Below are positions 31,831 to 43,810 of a stretch of 64,000 bases of DNA, one piece after another; positions within the stretch are counted from its first letter, which is position 1, and the number at the start of each line of letters is the position of its first letter. The position numbers and the translations under genes were made by a program. Source of the stretch: an uncultured delta proteobacterium (GTDB lineage Bacteria; Myxococcota; Myxococcia; Myxococcales; Anaeromyxobacteraceae); contig CAWFDF010000013.1 in the NCBI GenBank assembly GCA_963814585.1, forward strand, positions 1 through 64,000, read 5' to 3'. Below the pieces are notes generated by a model. That model saw only the letters and a program-made list of their open reading frames with translations, had not been told where the DNA came from and did not search any database.

Positions 31831-32157
31831 ATGGCCGAGCGCACCCGCCCCGGGGATGGAGCCGACGTCGCGGTCCCCAGGACCCGGACCCGCAAGAAGA
31901 GCGCCCGGCCTCCCCTGTTCAAGGTCCTGTTGCACAACGACGATTTCACCACGCAGGAGTTCGTCGACTGGGTGCTGGTGACCGTCTTCCGTCATGACGC
32001 CGAGACGGCCCATCGAATCATGCTGAACGTTCACATGCACGGCGTCGGGGTGGCGGGTATCTATCCAAGAGAGATCGCCGAGCACAGGGCGGAGAAGGTG
32101 ATGACCCTGGCCCGGGAGGCGGAGTTCCCCCTCCTCTGCACGATCGAACCGGAGTGA
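31831..32157 (+). CDS. clpS: ATP-dependent Clp protease adaptor ClpS
   Basis: FKVLLHNDDFTTQEFV...IMLNVH..G.GVAG...FPLLCTIE. Confidence 0.96.
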   Translation: MAERTRPGDGADVAVPRTRTRKKSARPPLFKVLLHNDDFTTQEFVDWVLVTVFRHDAETAHRIMLNVHMHGVGVAGIYPREIAEHRAEKVMTLAREAEFPLLCTIEPE

Positions 32158-32159
32158 CG

Positions 32160-34460
<2,301 letters not shown>

Positions 34461-34476
34461 GGCCGTGGCCCCGGCG

Positions 34477-34980
34477 CTACCGGGCCAGCGCCCCCAGCAC
34501 CGCCTCCAGGGCGGCGAGGTCGTGGCCGCCGCTGGCCACCACCTCCGGCCGCTCGGGGGGCTCGAAGGCGACGCCGGCCCCGGGCAGGAGCGGCGCCTCC
34601 CCGGCACGTGCCGCGGCCCACAGCCCCTTGGGGTCGCGGCCCTCGCACGCCTCCGGGGGCGTCGCCACGTGGACCTCGACGAAGCGCGGCGAGAGTGCCC
34701 GGGCCCGCTCGCGGTGGACGCGCCGGTGGGCCGTGGCGGCCACCAGGACCGTCTGCCCCTGCGACGCGAGCAGCGCCGCCAGCCGGGCCAGCGTCTCGTA
34801 GAAGGCGTCGCGCCCGGCGGGCGTGTACCCCGGCGACGGCACCAGGGCGCGCCGGACCTCGTCGCCGTCCAGCAGCACCACCGGTGCGCCGGCCGCCAGC
34901 AGCCGCTCCCGGACCAGCCTGGCCAGCGTCGACTTGCCCGACGAGGGCAGCCCGGTGAACCAGGCGACCGCCCCGCTCAC
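34477..34980 (-). CDS. Adenylyl-sulfate kinase-like P-loop kinase
   Basis: WFTGLPSSGKST, LLDGDEVR, CEGRDPKGLW, FEPP; GTGA overlap with the upstream gene. Confidence 0.85.
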   Translation of the reverse strand: MSGAVAWFTGLPSSGKSTLARLVRERLLAAGAPVVLLDGDEVRRALVPSPGYTPAGRDAFYETLARLAALLASQGQTVLVAATAHRRVHRERARALSPRFVEVHVATPPEACEGRDPKGLWAAARAGEAPLLPGAGVAFEPPERPEVVASGGHDLAALEAVLGALAR

Positions 34981-36068
34981 GCGAGGAGCTCCTCGGCCCA
35001 GGCCGGGTCGAAGGCCCTCGAGTCGAGCGCCCGCTCGGCCAGCCCGAGCAGCGCGTCCCGGCCGCCGGGGGAGAGCCCGGGGTAGAAGCGCGGGCAGGCG
35101 AGCACCAGCGCCCGCCACGCCAGGAAGGGCGCCACCGCCTCCAGCAGCCCGCCGCTCCCGGCCGACGCCAGGTAGCGCGCCCAGGCCCGGCGCCACAGCA
35201 CCCCGAGCCCCTTCCAGGCGCCCGGCCAATCCAGCGCGAAGAACGGGTAGTTGATGGTGAGCGCGACCACGTCGTCGGCGGGATCGCCGAGCCCGCCCCG
35301 GCTCGAGTCGAGCAGCGTGAAGCCGGTCCCCTCGCCGAAGATGATGTTGAAGGGGTGGAGGTCACCGTGGGTCTGGCGGAGCCGCGAGGTGCGCGCCCGC
35401 AGCCGCCAGCGCCAGGACAGCGCCCTCGCCTCCAGCGCCTCGAGGCGCGCCGGCGAGGCCGACGGCACGTCGTCGCCGTAGCCGTCGACGATGCCGAAGA
35501 TCCCCTCGCCGTGGCCGAGCAGGTCGCGCACCGCGCGCCGCCAGGCCACCGGGGCGTCGATCGGTGCGGCGTGCAGCCGGACCATCCAGTCGACCAGCGC
35601 GTCGCCGCGGGCCAGGTCGAGCGGCCCGGCGCCGCGCGCGGCCACCTCCCTCAGGTCGTCGGCGTACGGGTGCCCCTCGGCGTACTCGGTGACCAGGTAG
35701 GGCTCTCCGGCGCCGCGCAGCGAGACCAGGGCTCCGCCTGGGCCGATGGCGCCGACGTCGAGCGCGGCCACGTGGCCGGGAATGCGGCCGAAGCCGTCAT
35801 AGGCCAGCACCAGCCCGTCGAAGCGATCGGCGCGCCGGTCGTGGCCAAAGGGGTTCGGCGCCATGGTGCGGAAGACCAGGCTCTGCCGCCGCCCCGTGGC
35901 GTCGACGACGGTGAGCCGGAGCGGCTTCCCGTACCCTTCGGCCTTGCGCGTCGTCCCGGCGGCCGTGGCGGTGGCGTCGTCGGGCGCGAGGGGCTCCACC
36001 GCCTCGAGGCGCCCGCCCGGCACCAGGGCCGCCGCGAGCCTGACGAGCCCGTCGTCGAGCGGCGCCAC
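34977..36068 (-). CDS. Aminoglycoside phosphotransferase (APH)-fold kinase
   Basis: HGDLHPFNIIF...LLDSSRG...DPADDV. Confidence 0.82.
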   Translation of the reverse strand: MAPLDDGLVRLAAALVPGGRLEAVEPLAPDDATATAAGTTRKAEGYGKPLRLTVVDATGRRQSLVFRTMAPNPFGHDRRADRFDGLVLAYDGFGRIPGHVAALDVGAIGPGGALVSLRGAGEPYLVTEYAEGHPYADDLREVAARGAGPLDLARGDALVDWMVRLHAAPIDAPVAWRRAVRDLLGHGEGIFGIVDGYGDDVPSASPARLEALEARALSWRWRLRARTSRLRQTHGDLHPFNIIFGEGTGFTLLDSSRGGLGDPADDVVALTINYPFFALDWPGAWKGLGVLWRRAWARYLASAGSGGLLEAVAPFLAWRALVLACPRFYPGLSPGGRDALLGLAERALDSRAFDPAWAEELLA

Positions 36069-36083
36069 GGAACCTCCCGGATG

Positions 36084-36371
36084 CTAGTAGGGGCCCACCC
36101 GCGGGCGCTCCGACTGCCGCGACTCCTGCGTCCGCTGCTTGATCCTGGACTGCGCGTCGGTCTTCAGCCGGTTGGACGACTTGCGCGTCGACTTCCGCGA
36201 GGGGCGCTGGCCAGGTGCATCCTCGAGGGCGTACGCGGCGTGCTTGGCGGCGCGCTCCGACTCGTTGTGGGCCTCCACCTTCCCGTCGCGTGGCAGGCGC
36301 GTCACCACCTTGGCCTTCTTGGGTCCGGACCGCTCGGTGTTGTAGCGAAACCACTCAGCCCTGGTCGCCAT
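36084..36371 (-). CDS. Small basic hypothetical protein
   Basis: AGGAGG RBS before ATG 36371; K/R-rich RPSRKSTRKSSNRLK. Confidence 0.7.
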   Translation of the reverse strand: MATRAEWFRYNTERSGPKKAKVVTRLPRDGKVEAHNESERAAKHAAYALEDAPGQRPSRKSTRKSSNRLKTDAQSRIKQRTQESRQSERPRVGPY

Positions 36372-36501
36372 CCGAGGAACCTCCTGGGTGGGCGGAGAAT
36401 GGGCCCACACCATCACGCTGCGCCCCCTGGCCCCCGGGCGCAAGGATGGGAGGAGTCCCCAAAGGGGCGCCCGCCGCCGGGCGCGACAGGGTGCGCCGCT
36501 C

Positions 36502-38094
36502 CTACTCGCGCCGCACGTCGCGCAGCAGCTCGCGCGCCGCGTTGTAGCCGCAGGCCCCCATGACGCCGCCTCCAGGGTGGGTGGCGGCGCCGCACAGGTA
36601 CAGGCCGGGAACCGGCGTCCGGTAGCTGGCGTGGCCGGGGACCGGACGCATGGAGAACAGCTGCGAGAGCCCCATCGCCCCCTGGAAGATGTTGCCGCCG
36701 GTGAGCGAGAAGCGCCGCTCGAGGTCCAGCGGGGAGAGCACCTCCCGGTGGATCACCGAGGCGCGGAAGCCGGGGGCGTGCTGCTCCAGGAGGTCGAGGC
36801 AGCGGTCGGCGAAGGGCTCCTTCAGCTCGTCCCAGTGCCCCTCGGCGAGCCGGTAGGGGGCATACTGGACGAAGATGGACATGAGGTGCTGCCCGGGCGG
36901 CGCCACGGAGGGGTCGACCACCGACGGGATGGTGGCCTCCAGGATGGGCTGGCGCGAGGGACGTCCGGCCCGGGCGTCGTCGAAGGCCCGCTCCATGTAC
37001 TCGAGCGACGGGCAGACGTGGATGGTGCCGCGGTGGTGCGGGGCGGCGGCGCCGCCGGGCCGGGCGGTGAAGTCGGGCAGGCGGGAGAGGGCCAGGTTGA
37101 TCTTGAGGGAGGCGCTCGAGTAGTCGATGGTGCGCACCGCCTCGACCACCTCGTCGGGCAGGTGGCGCGCCCCCACCAGGCCGAGCAGCGTGACGGTGGC
37201 GTCGGCGCAGGAGACCACCCGTCGCGCCGCCAGCTCGGTGCCGTCGGCCAGCACCACGCCGCCGGCCCGCCCGTCGCGCACCTCGATGCGGGCCACCCGG
37301 GCGCCGGTGCGGATCTCGGCGCCGTGGGCGCGGGCCGCCGCCGCCAGCGCCTCGGGGAGGGAGCCCATGCCGCCCTTCACGTAGCCCCAGACACCGCGCG
37401 CGCCGTGGCACTCGCCCATGACGTGGTGGAAGAGGACGTAGGCGGTGCCCGGGGTCGAGGGCGAGGCGAAGGCGCCGATGATGGCGTCGGTGGCCAGCGT
37501 GGCCTTGAGCTCGTCCGACTCGAACCAGCGGTCCAGGATGGTGCGCGCCGGCGCGGTCAGGATCTCCACGGCGCGGGGGCCGTCGGCGCCCAGCCGGGCG
37601 AAGCGGAGCGCGGTCTTCCCGAGCCGCCACAGGTCGCCGAGCCGCCGGGAGAAGGGATCGGGTGGCGTCTCCAGCAGCGTCGGCTCGATGGCGCCGGCGA
37701 TGCGCAGCAGCATGGCCTCGTACTCGGGGAGCCGCTCGGCGTCACGCGTCGAGAACCTCGCCACCTCCCGCCGGTTGAGGGCCGGGTCGGGGCCCATGAG
37801 CAGGGAGCGGCCGTCGGGGAAGGGCGTGAAGGAGGAGGGATCCCGTGGCAGCACCTGGTAGCCGTGACGCCCGAGCTCGAGGTCGCGGACGATCTCGGGG
37901 CGGAAGAGGCTCACCACGTAGGCCGCGGTGGAGACGCGGTACCCCGGCCAGGTGGCCTCGGTGCAGCAGGCGCCGCCGACCCGCTCGAGCGCCTCGAGGA
38001 CCAGCACCTTCAGGCCGGCGCGGGCCAGGTAGGCGGCGGTGACGAGGCCGTTGTGCCCGGCGCCGACGACGATGACGTCCCAGTAGGTGGCCAT
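36502..38094 (-). CDS. Phytoene desaturase-like FAD-dependent oxidoreductase
   Basis: VVGAGHNGLV, GGMG, GGNIFQG, LYLCGAATHPGGGVMG. Confidence 0.9.
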   Translation of the reverse strand: MATYWDVIVVGAGHNGLVTAAYLARAGLKVLVLEALERVGGACCTEATWPGYRVSTAAYVVSLFRPEIVRDLELGRHGYQVLPRDPSSFTPFPDGRSLLMGPDPALNRREVARFSTRDAERLPEYEAMLLRIAGAIEPTLLETPPDPFSRRLGDLWRLGKTALRFARLGADGPRAVEILTAPARTILDRWFESDELKATLATDAIIGAFASPSTPGTAYVLFHHVMGECHGARGVWGYVKGGMGSLPEALAAAARAHGAEIRTGARVARIEVRDGRAGGVVLADGTELAARRVVSCADATVTLLGLVGARHLPDEVVEAVRTIDYSSASLKINLALSRLPDFTARPGGAAAPHHRGTIHVCPSLEYMERAFDDARAGRPSRQPILEATIPSVVDPSVAPPGQHLMSIFVQYAPYRLAEGHWDELKEPFADRCLDLLEQHAPGFRASVIHREVLSPLDLERRFSLTGGNIFQGAMGLSQLFSMRPVPGHASYRTPVPGLYLCGAATHPGGGVMGACGYNAARELLRDVRRE

Positions 38095-38181
38095 GTCGCA
38101 CCTTGGCGCCGGAGCCCTCCGCGGACCACGTCCCGGGTGGGGCGTCGGCTGGCCAGGCTCGTCGTCGGCGCCCGGGAGCCG

Positions 38182-39018
38182 CTAACCCTGGCCCAGCGGC
38201 CGTCCGCTCCGGCACCACTCGCTGAAGGATCCGACGTAGAGGGACGCCCCGTCGAGCCCCGCCAGCTCCAGGGCCAGCAGGGTGTGGCAAGCGGTGACGC
38301 CCGACCCGCAGTGGACCACCAGCCGCTCCGACGGCGTGCCGCCCAGGAGGTCGAGGTACATGAGCCGGAGCGTCGCCGGGTCCTTGAAGCGGCCGGTGGC
38401 ATCCAGGTTCTCGGTGAAGGGCAGGTTGACGGTGCCGGGGATGCGCCCGGCCACCGGGTCGAGGGTCTCCGACTCGCCGCGCCAGCGCTCCCGGCTCCGC
38501 ACGTCGAGCACCTTCCAGCCCGGGTCCTTCAGCAGCCGCTCCACGGCGGCGAGCTCCACGGTCGGGCGCGCCCAGGCGCCGCAGGGATGGGGCTCGGTCG
38601 CGGTGACCGGTGGTGGCTCGGCGGTGGTCAGGCGGGCGCCGGCCGAGAGCGCCGCCGCGAGCCCACCGTCGAGCACCGCCACCCGCTGGTGACCGACCGC
38701 CCTCAGCATCCACCAGAGCCGGCAGGCGGCGTTGCCACCGGAGGCCCCGTCGTAGGCGACCACCAGGGTCTCGGGTCCGATCCCCCAGGCGCCCAGCTGC
38801 TCGCACCAGGTGGCCAGCGGGGGGAGCGGGTGGCGGCCGCCCCGGGCCGGGTCGAAGCCCGGCTCGGAGGCGGCGCTGAGCCGGAGGTTCAGGTCGGCGT
38901 GGAGCGCGCCTTCCAGGTGACCCGCCGCGTACCCCTCGGCGCCCGGGCGGGCGTCGAGGAGGCGGACGGGGCCCGTGGTGGCGCGCAGCGCCTCGGCCGA
39001 GATGAGCGGGCCGATCAC
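38182..39018 (-). CDS. Tandem-rhodanese sulfurtransferase (SseA-like)
   Basis: GRHPLP, VLDGG, GRIPG, HCGSGVTAC, LYVGSFSEW. Confidence 0.92.
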   Translation of the reverse strand: MIGPLISAEALRATTGPVRLLDARPGAEGYAAGHLEGALHADLNLRLSAASEPGFDPARGGRHPLPPLATWCEQLGAWGIGPETLVVAYDGASGGNAACRLWWMLRAVGHQRVAVLDGGLAAALSAGARLTTAEPPPVTATEPHPCGAWARPTVELAAVERLLKDPGWKVLDVRSRERWRGESETLDPVAGRIPGTVNLPFTENLDATGRFKDPATLRLMYLDLLGGTPSERLVVHCGSGVTACHTLLALELAGLDGASLYVGSFSEWCRSGRPLGQG

Positions 39019-39608
39019 TTCACCTGGAGCTGCTTGGCCAGGTCGGCCGCCTTCTTGGTCAGGTCTCCCGCCCCGGCCATCGCGCCGGCCGCGTCGGTCT
39101 CGGCGCTGGCCTTCAGCTTCGCCAGGCCATCCTCGAGCGCGGCCAGGCCGGTCTTGGCCTGGGCCAGGGTGGCCTTGGTGATCCCCTTGGGGAGCTTCTT
39201 GGCCTTGGTCAGCTCGGCCAGGCGCGCCTTGATGGCCGAGAGCTGGCCGGGCAGCGCCGCGGTGGCGTCGGCGAAGGCCTGCTTGGCCGCCGCCAGGGCC
39301 TTGGCAGCCTCGTCCTTCTTGGCCTGCGCGGCCGCCATCGCCTCCTTCACCTTGGCCGGGATCTCGCCGGCCGTGGCCAGCGCCGCCTTGAAGTCCTCCT
39401 TGGCGGCCTGGGCCCTGGCGCTCGCGAGGGCGTCCTTGGCGGCCTGCACCTGGGCGGGCGCCAGCTTCGACACCTCCTCGGTGAGGGTCGCCAGGGCGGC
39501 CTCGCCGGCCTTGAGGGCGGCTTCGGCCGGCGCCTTGTTGGCGTCGGTGCAGGCAGCGAGGAGGAGGATCGGGGCAAGGGCCAGCGCCAGCGAGGTCTTC
39601 CGGTTCAT
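39015..39608 (-). CDS. Ala/Lys-rich helical lipoprotein
   Basis: MNRKTSLALALAPILLLAAC lipobox and coiled-coil-like composition. Confidence 0.8.
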   Translation of the reverse strand: MNRKTSLALALAPILLLAACTDANKAPAEAALKAGEAALATLTEEVSKLAPAQVQAAKDALASARAQAAKEDFKAALATAGEIPAKVKEAMAAAQAKKDEAAKALAAAKQAFADATAALPGQLSAIKARLAELTKAKKLPKGITKATLAQAKTGLAALEDGLAKLKASAETDAAGAMAGAGDLTKKAADLAKQLQVK

Positions 39609-39803
39609 CGTCGGGTCTCCGTGGTCGGGCCGCGCAGGGCGCGGCGGTTCCCCCCTTCTCCCAGCCCCGGCGGGCGGCGTCAACCATGCTGGAGGGCTCC
39701 CCGGACTGGCGAGGCGGCGGAGCGTGCCACGGCGCGCCAGCCGCCATCCTTCCCCGGGCTCGGGGCGTCGCTTCACCCGCCCCCATCGGCTACAACTCCG
39801 GCC

Positions 39804-42389
39804 GTGGAACCCCTCCCCATCGACCCGCTCCTGCCCGAGATCGTGGCCGCGCTCCGCGCCGGCGGCTCGCTGGTCATCGAGGCGCCTCCCGGCGCCGGCA
39901 AGACCACCCGCGTCCCGGCGGCCATCCACGCCGCCGGCCTGGTGGAGGGCGAGGTGGTGGTGCTGGAGCCGCGCCGGCTGGCGGCCCGGCTGGCGGCACG
40001 CCGGGTGGCCGAGGAGCTGGGCGAGCGGCCCGGCGAGACCGTCGGCTACCAGGTCCGCTTCGAGGACGTCTCGGGGCCCCGCACCCGCATCCGCTTCGTC
40101 ACCGAGGGGCTCCTGCTCCGCCGCCTGCTCTCGGAGCCCACCCTCCCCGGTGTCGGCGCCGTCCTGCTCGACGAGTTCCACGAGCGCCACCTGCACGGTG
40201 ACCTGGCGCTGGCGCTGCTCCGGCGCCTGCAGCGGACCCGCCGCCCCGAGCTCAAGCTGGTGGCCATGTCGGCCACCCTCGACGCCGCGCCGGTGGCCGC
40301 CTTCCTGGGCGCCCCCACCCTCCGCTCCGAGGGGCGCCGCTTCGAGGTGGCCATCGAGCACCTCACGCCCGAGGAGGCGGCCCGCACCGACGACCGGCTC
40401 GAGGATCGGGTCACCCGCGCCGTGAAGCGGCTGCTGCGGGAGGAGCCCGACGGCCACCTGCTCGTCTTCCTGCCGGGCGGCGCCGAGATCCGCTGGTGCG
40501 CGAGCCGGCTCGGCGGCCTGGCCGACTCGGGCGTCGACGTCCTCCCGCTCCACGGCGACCTGAGGCCGGAGGAGCAGGACCGGGCCGTCCGCCCCTCGCC
40601 GCGGCGCAAGGTGATCCTCTCCACCAACGTGGCCGAGACCTCGGTCACCATCGACGGGGTGGTGGCGGTGGTGGACTCCGGCCTGGCCCGCATCGCCTCC
40701 CACTCCCCCTGGTCCGGGCTGCCGACGCTGGAGGTCCGCAAGGTCTCGCGCGCCAGCGCCGCGCAGCGGGCCGGTCGCGCCGGCCGCACCCGCGCCGGCC
40801 GGGCGGTCCGGCTCTACACCCGCCACGACCACGACGCCCGCCCCGCCTACGAGACGCCCGAGGTGGAGCGGGAGGACCTCTCCGAGCCATTCCTGGCGCT
40901 GGCCGGCCTCGGCGTGCTGGCCGCGCCGGATGGCTTCGAGTGGTTCGAGCCGCCGCCCGTCCCGGCCGCCGAGGCGGCGCGCGCCCTGCTGCTCCGGCTT
41001 GGGGCCATCGAGCCCGCCGGCGCCATCACGCCGCTGGGCCGCCGGCTGCTGGCGCTCCCCGCCCACCCGCGCCTGGCCCGGCTGGCCATCGAGGCGGCCG
41101 ATCGTGGCGCGGCCGACGGCGGCGCCCTGCTGGCGGCGCTGCTCGGCGAGCGCGACCTGCGCGATCGGCGCGGCCTCGATGGGGCCTCCCTGCCCGCCAC
41201 CGGCCCCTCCGACCTGCTCGAGCTGATGGGCGTCTTCGAGGAGGCGGCCCGGGCCCGCTTCGACCCGGACCGCTGCCGCCGGCTGGGCGTCAACGCCGGC
41301 GCGGCGCAGGCCGTGGAGCGCGGGCGGCGGCAGCTGCGCGGTGCCATCCGCGTGCGGCCCGGCGTCCGGCCCCTGGCCGCCGAGGCGGCCGAGCAGCCCC
41401 TCCTGATGGCCACGCTGGCCGCCTACCCGGACCGCGTGGCCAGGAGGCGCGCGCCTGGCTCCGACGAGGTGGTCCTCACCGGCGGCGGCAGCGCCCGGCT
41501 CGAGCCGGTGTCGGTGGTCCGCGAGGCGGAGTTGCTGGTGGCCATCGACGCCGAGGAGCGGCGCGGCGATCGGCCCCGACCGGGCGGGTCCCGCGCCGAG
41601 GCCCGGGTCCGGCTCGCCTCGGCGGTGACGCAGGAGATGCTCCTCGACCTCTTCCCCGCCGCGCTCCGCTACGACACCGCGGTGGGCTGGAACGCGCAGG
41701 CGGAGCGCGTCGAGGTCGCCGAGCGGCTCCTCTACGAGGACCTGGTGCTGGAGGAGACCCGGGCCGCCACCCCCGACACCGCCGCCGTGGCGTCCAGGCT
41801 GGCCGAGGAGGCCCTGGCCCGGGGGGCGCGCGCCTTCGCGGCCGAGGGGGCGCTCGACCAGCTCGTGGCCCGCCTCTCGCTGGTGGCCCGGCACGCCCCG
41901 GACCTCGGCGCCACGCCTCCCGACGAGGCGGCGATCCGGGAGGCCCTCCTGGCGAGCTGCCAGGGGCGGCGCAGCTTCGCCGAGCTGCGCGAGGCCGACC
42001 TGCCGGGCGCCCTGCTCGATCTGCAGCCCGGTCCGGTCCGGGCGGCGCTGGCCCGGCTGGCGCCCGAGAAGGTGACGCTCCCGGGGGGCCGGTCGGTCCG
42101 AATCCACTACGAGCCGGGCCAGCCGCCCTGGATCGAGAGCCGGCTACAGGACTTCTTCTCCATGGTGAAGGGGCCGGCGGTGGCCGGCGGCGCCGTCCCG
42201 CTCACGCTCCACCTGCTGGCGCCCAACCAGCGCGCCGTCCAGGTGACGAGCGACCTCCCCGGGTTCTGGGACCGCCACTACCCGGCCCTCCGCCGCGAGC
42301 TGTCCCGCCGCTATCCCCGCCACGCCTGGCCCGAGGATCCGCGGACCGCGCCGCCGCCCACGCCGCTGCCGCCGCGCCCCCGGCGCTGA
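39804..42389 (+). CDS. hrpB: ATP-dependent RNA helicase HrpB
   Basis: APPGAGKTT, DEFHER, MSATL, STNVAETS, QRAGRAGR, YPRHAWPEDP. Confidence 0.96.
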   Translation: MEPLPIDPLLPEIVAALRAGGSLVIEAPPGAGKTTRVPAAIHAAGLVEGEVVVLEPRRLAARLAARRVAEELGERPGETVGYQVRFEDVSGPRTRIRFVTEGLLLRRLLSEPTLPGVGAVLLDEFHERHLHGDLALALLRRLQRTRRPELKLVAMSATLDAAPVAAFLGAPTLRSEGRRFEVAIEHLTPEEAARTDDRLEDRVTRAVKRLLREEPDGHLLVFLPGGAEIRWCASRLGGLADSGVDVLPLHGDLRPEEQDRAVRPSPRRKVILSTNVAETSVTIDGVVAVVDSGLARIASHSPWSGLPTLEVRKVSRASAAQRAGRAGRTRAGRAVRLYTRHDHDARPAYETPEVEREDLSEPFLALAGLGVLAAPDGFEWFEPPPVPAAEAARALLLRLGAIEPAGAITPLGRRLLALPAHPRLARLAIEAADRGAADGGALLAALLGERDLRDRRGLDGASLPATGPSDLLELMGVFEEAARARFDPDRCRRLGVNAGAAQAVERGRRQLRGAIRVRPGVRPLAAEAAEQPLLMATLAAYPDRVARRRAPGSDEVVLTGGGSARLEPVSVVREAELLVAIDAEERRGDRPRPGGSRAEARVRLASAVTQEMLLDLFPAALRYDTAVGWNAQAERVEVAERLLYEDLVLEETRAATPDTAAVASRLAEEALARGARAFAAEGALDQLVARLSLVARHAPDLGATPPDEAAIREALLASCQGRRSFAELREADLPGALLDLQPGPVRAALARLAPEKVTLPGGRSVRIHYEPGQPPWIESRLQDFFSMVKGPAVAGGAVPLTLHLLAPNQRAVQVTSDLPGFWDRHYPALRRELSRRYPRHAWPEDPRTAPPPTPLPPRPRR

Positions 42390-42436
42390 AGGCGCCCCCT
42401 CCCCGGCCCGGGCGTGCGGATTCCCGCTCCGGTTCG

Positions 42437-42465
42437 TTGACTCCGATTCGACCGCCGCGTACACA
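42437..42465 (+). promoter_or_regulatory. Putative sigma70 promoter for the MgtE-N/NRAMP pair
   Basis: TTGACT-17 nt-TACACA; GGAGG RBS before ATG 42527. Confidence 0.5.
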
Positions 42466-42526
42466 GGCCGAAGCTCGCGGCGTGCGAGCGCGGGCGCCGA
42501 GCGGCGGCCAGCGACGGAGGTCCGGC

Positions 42527-43810
42527 ATGGCCGAGACGGCACCCCAGGGAGAGTCCGCCGCCGATCCCCGCTTCCGCTTCATGTCGTCGATCATCGGCCG
42601 CCCGGTGCGCGGTCCGGACGGCGCGCGGCTCGGCAGGCTGGCCGACCTGGTGGTGGCCACCGGCGAGCACTACCCGCCGGTCGAGAGCCTGGTCCTCAAG
42701 GGACCGGCCGGCCGGCGCCAGTACCCCTGGAGCGCTGTGGAGCGGCTCGACGACCGCGGCCTGACCCTCAAGGCCGACGCCGTCTCCTCGGCGCCACCGG
42801 ACCAGCCGCTCGCCGATCGCATCCCGCTGGTCGAGGAGATCCTCGACCAGCAGATCGTCGACGTCCACGACGCCAAGCTGGTCCGCGTCAACGACCTCCA
42901 CTTCCTGGAGCTGAAGGGGCAGCTGCGGGTCGCCCACGTGGACGTCGGGCTCCGCGGCCTGATCCGCCGGATGGGCTGGGAGCCGCTCGTCGATCGGGTC
43001 CTGCAGCTGGTCAACCCGGGTGCGCCCTACCTCAAGGCCGATCAGCTGGTCTCCTGGAAGCTGGTCCAGCCCCTCGACCAGTCGGCCGGCAAGGTCCGCC
43101 TGGAGGTGGCCCAGCGGCTGCTGGCGACGCTCCACCCGGCCGATCTCGCCGAGATCCTCGAGGACCTGGGCCGCGACCAGCGCACCGTGCTGCTGGAGCG
43201 GCTCGACGTCGAGACCGCGGCCGACGCCCTCGAGGAGGCCAGCCCGGAGATGGCGGCGCAGCTGCTCGAGGAGGTGGCCCCGGAGAAGGCCGCCGACATC
43301 CTCGAGGAGATGGCCCCCGACGAGGCGGCCGACGTCCTCTCCGACCTGCCGGGCGAGACCCGCGAGGAGGTGCTGGCCGCCATGGAGCGGCCGGAGGCCC
43401 GCGAGGTCGAGGCCCTGCTGGCCTACCCCCAGGACTCGGCTGGCGGCCTGATGACGCCCGATCGCCTGCAGCTCGGGCCGGAACGGACCGTGGCCGACGC
43501 CATCGCCGAGCTGCGGCGCCGCGCCGAGGAGCTGCCGCTGGTCTACGAGATCTTCGTCGCCGATGCCGACGGGCGCCTGCTTGGAATCTGCACCCTGCGC
43601 GACCTGGTGCTCCACGAGCCGGGCGCCCGGCTCGGCACCCTCATGCGCGAGCCGCCGGCCACCCTCGGCCTCCACGACCGGCTGCGCGAGGTGGCCGCGG
43701 CCGCGGCCAAGTACAACCTGGTCTCGGTGCCGGTGCTGGACCAGGCCGGCCGGATGCAGGGGATGGTGACGGTGGACGACATCCTCGGCGAGGTGGTCGA
43801 TGCCCGCTGA
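42527..43810 (+). CDS. Soluble PRC-barrel + MgtE N-terminal + CBS-pair protein
   Basis: QQIVDVHDAKLVRVND, LHPADLAEILE, MAPDEAAD, SAGGLMT, GMVTVDD; no TM domain. Confidence 0.88.
   Translation: MAETAPQGESAADPRFRFMSSIIGRPVRGPDGARLGRLADLVVATGEHYPPVESLVLKGPAGRRQYPWSAVERLDDRGLTLKADAVSSAPPDQPLADRIPLVEEILDQQIVDVHDAKLVRVNDLHFLELKGQLRVAHVDVGLRGLIRRMGWEPLVDRVLQLVNPGAPYLKADQLVSWKLVQPLDQSAGKVRLEVAQRLLATLHPADLAEILEDLGRDQRTVLLERLDVETAADALEEASPEMAAQLLEEVAPEKAADILEEMAPDEAADVLSDLPGETREEVLAAMERPEAREVEALLAYPQDSAGGLMTPDRLQLGPERTVADAIAELRRRAEELPLVYEIFVADADGRLLGICTLRDLVLHEPGARLGTLMREPPATLGLHDRLREVAAAAAKYNLVSVPVLDQAGRMQGMVTVDDILGEVVDAR

Noticed and set aside
36502..38094. Carotenoid biosynthesis cluster
   Set aside because: A lone desaturase-like oxidoreductase with no crtB/crtE neighbours.
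42390..42526. Possible M-box riboswitch before the Mg transport pair
   Set aside because: The predicted UTR is only about 55 nt, with one small hairpin (GCTCGC/GCGAGC), too short for an M-box.
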